A DNA stretch of 42,088 nucleotides, taken from contig CAZNCO010000001.1 of NCBI GenBank assembly GCA_964571345.1, forward strand, positions 1 to 42,088, given 5' to 3'. Within the stretch, counting starts at the first letter, position 1. The number at the start of each line of letters is the position of its first letter. Shown in pieces: positions 38,646 to 42,088 of the stretch. A model generated the notes under the pieces. It saw only the letters and a list, made by a program, of their open reading frames with translations, did not search any database and was not told the DNA's origin. The DNA comes from an uncultured Ohtaekwangia sp. (GTDB taxonomy: Bacteria > Bacteroidota > Bacteroidia > Cytophagales > Cyclobacteriaceae). A program made the position numbers and the translations under genes.

Positions 38646-38765
38646 AGGAGATAAATTATTTGTTTAAACTAATATGGTGATTTTTAGAAAAAAATAAAAT
38701 CCGGCTAGATGATTTCTTTTTTAGAATCAGAACGTAAGCAGGTTGACTCCATCAGCCGGAAAAAC

Positions 38766-39620
38766 TCACGCTTTTAATTCTTGCGTTTCTTCGGGCTCCG
38801 CAGGAACAACTTCCCAATTTTGAGGTTCTGTATTATGGAGATATTCGATGATTTTTTGTTCCACCTGCTTTAGCTTTAGCGCGCGCAGATATTTACCATT
38901 TCGGGCAAGAATTAATCTTCCTGTTTCCTCCGATATCGCCATCACCAACGTATCTGTTACCTCACTCATGCCTACAGCCGAGCGGTGACGTAATCCAAAA
39001 TGGGCAGGCAGATGATCATTTTCACTCACGGGTAATACGCAACGTGCAGCTTTTATTCTCCCTTTGTATAAAATGACTGCACCATCGTGAAGTGGAGAAT
39101 GTTTGTTGAAAATCGAAAGCAAAAGACGCTTCGAAACTTCTGCATCCAATGGGTCGCCCGTTTCAATATAAAACTTCAATTCCACATCTCTTGAAAAGAC
39201 AATCAGCGCACCCGTGCGTGTGGCTTTTAAAGTTTTGGCAGCATCGATCACCTGATGAATATCAAAATCTTCATGGTCTTCACGCCAGTTGCTGAAAGAT
39301 TTAAAAATACCATCGCGATTGAATTCTGCACTTCTTCCTATCAATAATAAAAATTTTCTGATCTCAGGTTGGAACAAAATGATCATGGCTAAAACACCTA
39401 CGCCCATAAACTGCCCGAGGATGGTAGCCAGTAGCTCCATCTGAGCCGCACGAACTATCAAATAGACCAGATACAAAGAAAGGATACCTAAAAAAATATT
39501 AACTGCTATACTTCCGCGAATGAGCTTGTACACCTGGTATAGCAAAATAGCCACAAGGCCAACATCGACAAAGTCAACCCACCCTACTTCCAGAAACCCT
39601 ATACGAAAAGCGAAAATCAT
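38766..39620 (-). CDS. cdaA: Diadenylate cyclase
   Basis: Three N-terminal TM helices; FQPEIR, LHDGA and GLRHR motifs. TACCTTTG box at 39632-39625. Confidence 0.95.
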   Translation of the reverse strand: MIFAFRIGFLEVGWVDFVDVGLVAILLYQVYKLIRGSIAVNIFLGILSLYLVYLIVRAAQMELLATILGQFMGVGVLAMIILFQPEIRKFLLLIGRSAEFNRDGIFKSFSNWREDHEDFDIHQVIDAAKTLKATRTGALIVFSRDVELKFYIETGDPLDAEVSKRLLLSIFNKHSPLHDGAVILYKGRIKAARCVLPVSENDHLPAHFGLRHRSAVGMSEVTDTLVMAISEETGRLILARNGKYLRALKLKQVEQKIIEYLHNTEPQNWEVVPAEPEETQELKA

Positions 39621-39670
39621 AATCCAAAGGTAGGTTGGTAATAAACAATTATCAATTGAACAAATGCTAA

Positions 39671-40525
<855 letters not shown>

Positions 40526-40527
40526 TT

Positions 40528-41064
40528 ATGAACGAAAAAACTGCTCACGAATATAAAGAGGTCGTTGCGGGATGCAAAGCCCTGTTTGCTAAAAAGACTC
40601 ACGACTATGGCACAGCTTGGCGAATACTCCGCCTGCCATCGATAACAGACCAGATTTATATCAAGGCGCAACGCATCCGCAGCATTCAGCAAAAAGGGGT
40701 TCAGAAGGTAGAAGATGGAATTAAAGATGAATTTATCGGCATCATCAACTACTGCATCATTGCCATGATTCAGATGGAGCTGGGCGAATCTGCTAAAACA
40801 GAATTGTCCGTAGGCGAAGTAGAACCACTCTACGACAAATTTGCGAACGAAACTTTTGATTTGTTGCAAAACAAAAACCACGACTATGATGAAGCTTGGC
40901 GCGATATGCGTATAAGCTCAATGACTGATATCATCCTGATGAAACTCCTCCGCACAAAACAAATTGAAGATAATCAAGGTAAGACTTTAGTGAGCGAAGG
41001 CGTGAAGGCGAATTACCAGGATATGATTAATTATTCTGTGTTCTGTTTGATTAAACTAAAATAA
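40528..41064 (+). CDS. DUF1599 domain protein (two internal repeats)
   Basis: KTHDYGTAWR..SITDQI..K..R..IINY and KNHDYDEAWR..SMTDII..K..R..MINY. Start at ATG 40528. Confidence 0.88.
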   Translation: MNEKTAHEYKEVVAGCKALFAKKTHDYGTAWRILRLPSITDQIYIKAQRIRSIQQKGVQKVEDGIKDEFIGIINYCIIAMIQMELGESAKTELSVGEVEPLYDKFANETFDLLQNKNHDYDEAWRDMRISSMTDIILMKLLRTKQIEDNQGKTLVSEGVKANYQDMINYSVFCLIKLK

Positions 41065-41103
41065 GATACTGGATACTAAATCCACAATCGAGTATCCAGT
41101 ATC
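41065..41103. repeat. Perfect 13-bp inverted repeat built from a 7-mer
   Basis: GATACTGGATACT-N13-AGTATCCAGTATC; no U-tract; lies between co-directional genes. Confidence 0.8.
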
Positions 41104-41115
41104 CAAGATTTAACT

Positions 41116-42088
41116 ATGCAAAAAATCATCGATCAATTCTCGCGCTTCTTTGTAGGTGGGCTCTTCATTTTCTCGGGGCTGATTAAACTCAACGATCCCA
41201 TCGGCACACAAATAAAAATGGAAGAATACTTTGAGGTATTCGCGGATGACTTTGGTTCATTTTTCCACCACTTCATTCCGTGGGCGTTGGAGATTGGAAT
41301 GGTGATGATTGTATTAGAAGTTGCGCTGGGAGTGGCCATCCTTCTTTTCTGGAGAATGAAATGGGCCGGCTGGACGCTTTTGTTATTGATGACATTTTTC
41401 ACTTTTCTTACGTTTTACTCAGCCTATTTCAACAAAGTGACCGACTGCGGATGCTTTGGAGATGCGATTAAGCTTACACCCTGGGAGTCTTTCACTAAGG
41501 ATATTATTCTCATGGTTTTTGTAGCACACTTATTTTGGTATAAACATAGTTACACTCCTGTTTTGCGTACTCGCGAAGGCAATGCTGTAATTATAGTGGT
41601 TGCTGCTGTGAGTTTGTATTTAGGCATTCATGCGGTTAATCACTTACCATTTATTGATTTTCGAGCTTACAAAGTTGGCAATCATATCCCCACTCAGATG
41701 AAACCAACGGAGTCTCCGATTATTGAATATGTTTTCAAAAAAGACGGCAAGGAGATCACTTCTGAAAAATATCTTACTGATACTACATATCAATACGTTT
41801 CATCAAGGGTTTTAAATGAAGACAGGATCAAACCAAAAATTACCGACTATAGTGTAACAAGTCCTGATGGCGAAGATAAGATGCAATACACTTTTGAGGG
41901 CAATCGGCTTTTGATCGTAATCTTCAACGCAGACAAGGCTTCAACGAAGAACGTAGAAGCTATTCGTAACCTTGTAAAAGGCCTCGAAGGAAAAGTGGAT
42001 TGTTTTATTCTCACTGCTTCGAGCGAAGAAACAATCGACAAATTCAGACACGAAAACCAATTGCCCGTTCCTTTTTACTATGCCGATG
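41116..42088 (+). CDS. DoxX/MauE-like membrane protein (BT_3928 family); runs off the right edge
   Basis: Absent from the ORF track because it is truncated. Hand translation: MQKIIDQFSRFFVGGLFIFSGLIKLNDPIG...EYF...VTDCGCFGDAIKLTPWESFTKD...HLPFIDFRAYKVG. Confidence 0.88.
   Translation, partial: MQKIIDQFSRFFVGGLFIFSGLIKLNDPIGTQIKMEEYFEVFADDFGSFFHHFIPWALEIGMVMIVLEVALGVAILLFWRMKWAGWTLLLLMTFFTFLTFYSAYFNKVTDCGCFGDAIKLTPWESFTKDIILMVFVAHLFWYKHSYTPVLRTREGNAVIIVVAAVSLYLGIHAVNHLPFIDFRAYKVGNHIPTQMKPTESPIIEYVFKKDGKEITSEKYLTDTTYQYVSSRVLNEDRIKPKITDYSVTSPDGEDKMQYTFEGNRLLIVIFNADKASTKNVEAIRNLVKGLEGKVDCFILTASSEETIDKFRHENQLPVPFYYAD

Overview
A gene-dense, mostly housekeeping segment of a Bacteroidota chromosome, probably Cytophagales-like. 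The assignment rests on TAnnTTTG -7 promoter boxes, the nadK-DUF6089/porG-uppS-bamA order, and the folP-cdaA / DUF1599-BT_3928 block. About 40 CDSs can be supported: envelope biogenesis (bamA partial, uppS, two PorG-like barrels, lptB, a POTRA-less Omp85), central metabolism (nadK, pdxJ, fumC, gltBD, lipB, PGI/PMI-like), recJ, cdaA, several hydrolases and small secreted hypotheticals. I see no rRNA, tRNA, CRISPR array, transposase, integrase or phage gene, and I cannot demonstrate a clearly novel multi-gene system. Best leads: (1) folP broken by one in-frame TAA; (2) an EGLN/PHD-like prolyl hydroxylase beside fumarase and near a secreted Gly-X-Y/GGX protein coupled to recJ-lptB; (3) a PGI/PMI homologue with its conserved His replaced by Tyr; (4) a bacterial GH3 ligase behind lptB; (5) a direct repeat nested in an inverted repeat at 28661-28697; (6) heptamer-built intergenic hairpins; (7) small secreted cationic or Cys/His-rich proteins. 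All family calls come from motif recognition by eye; no database search was run.
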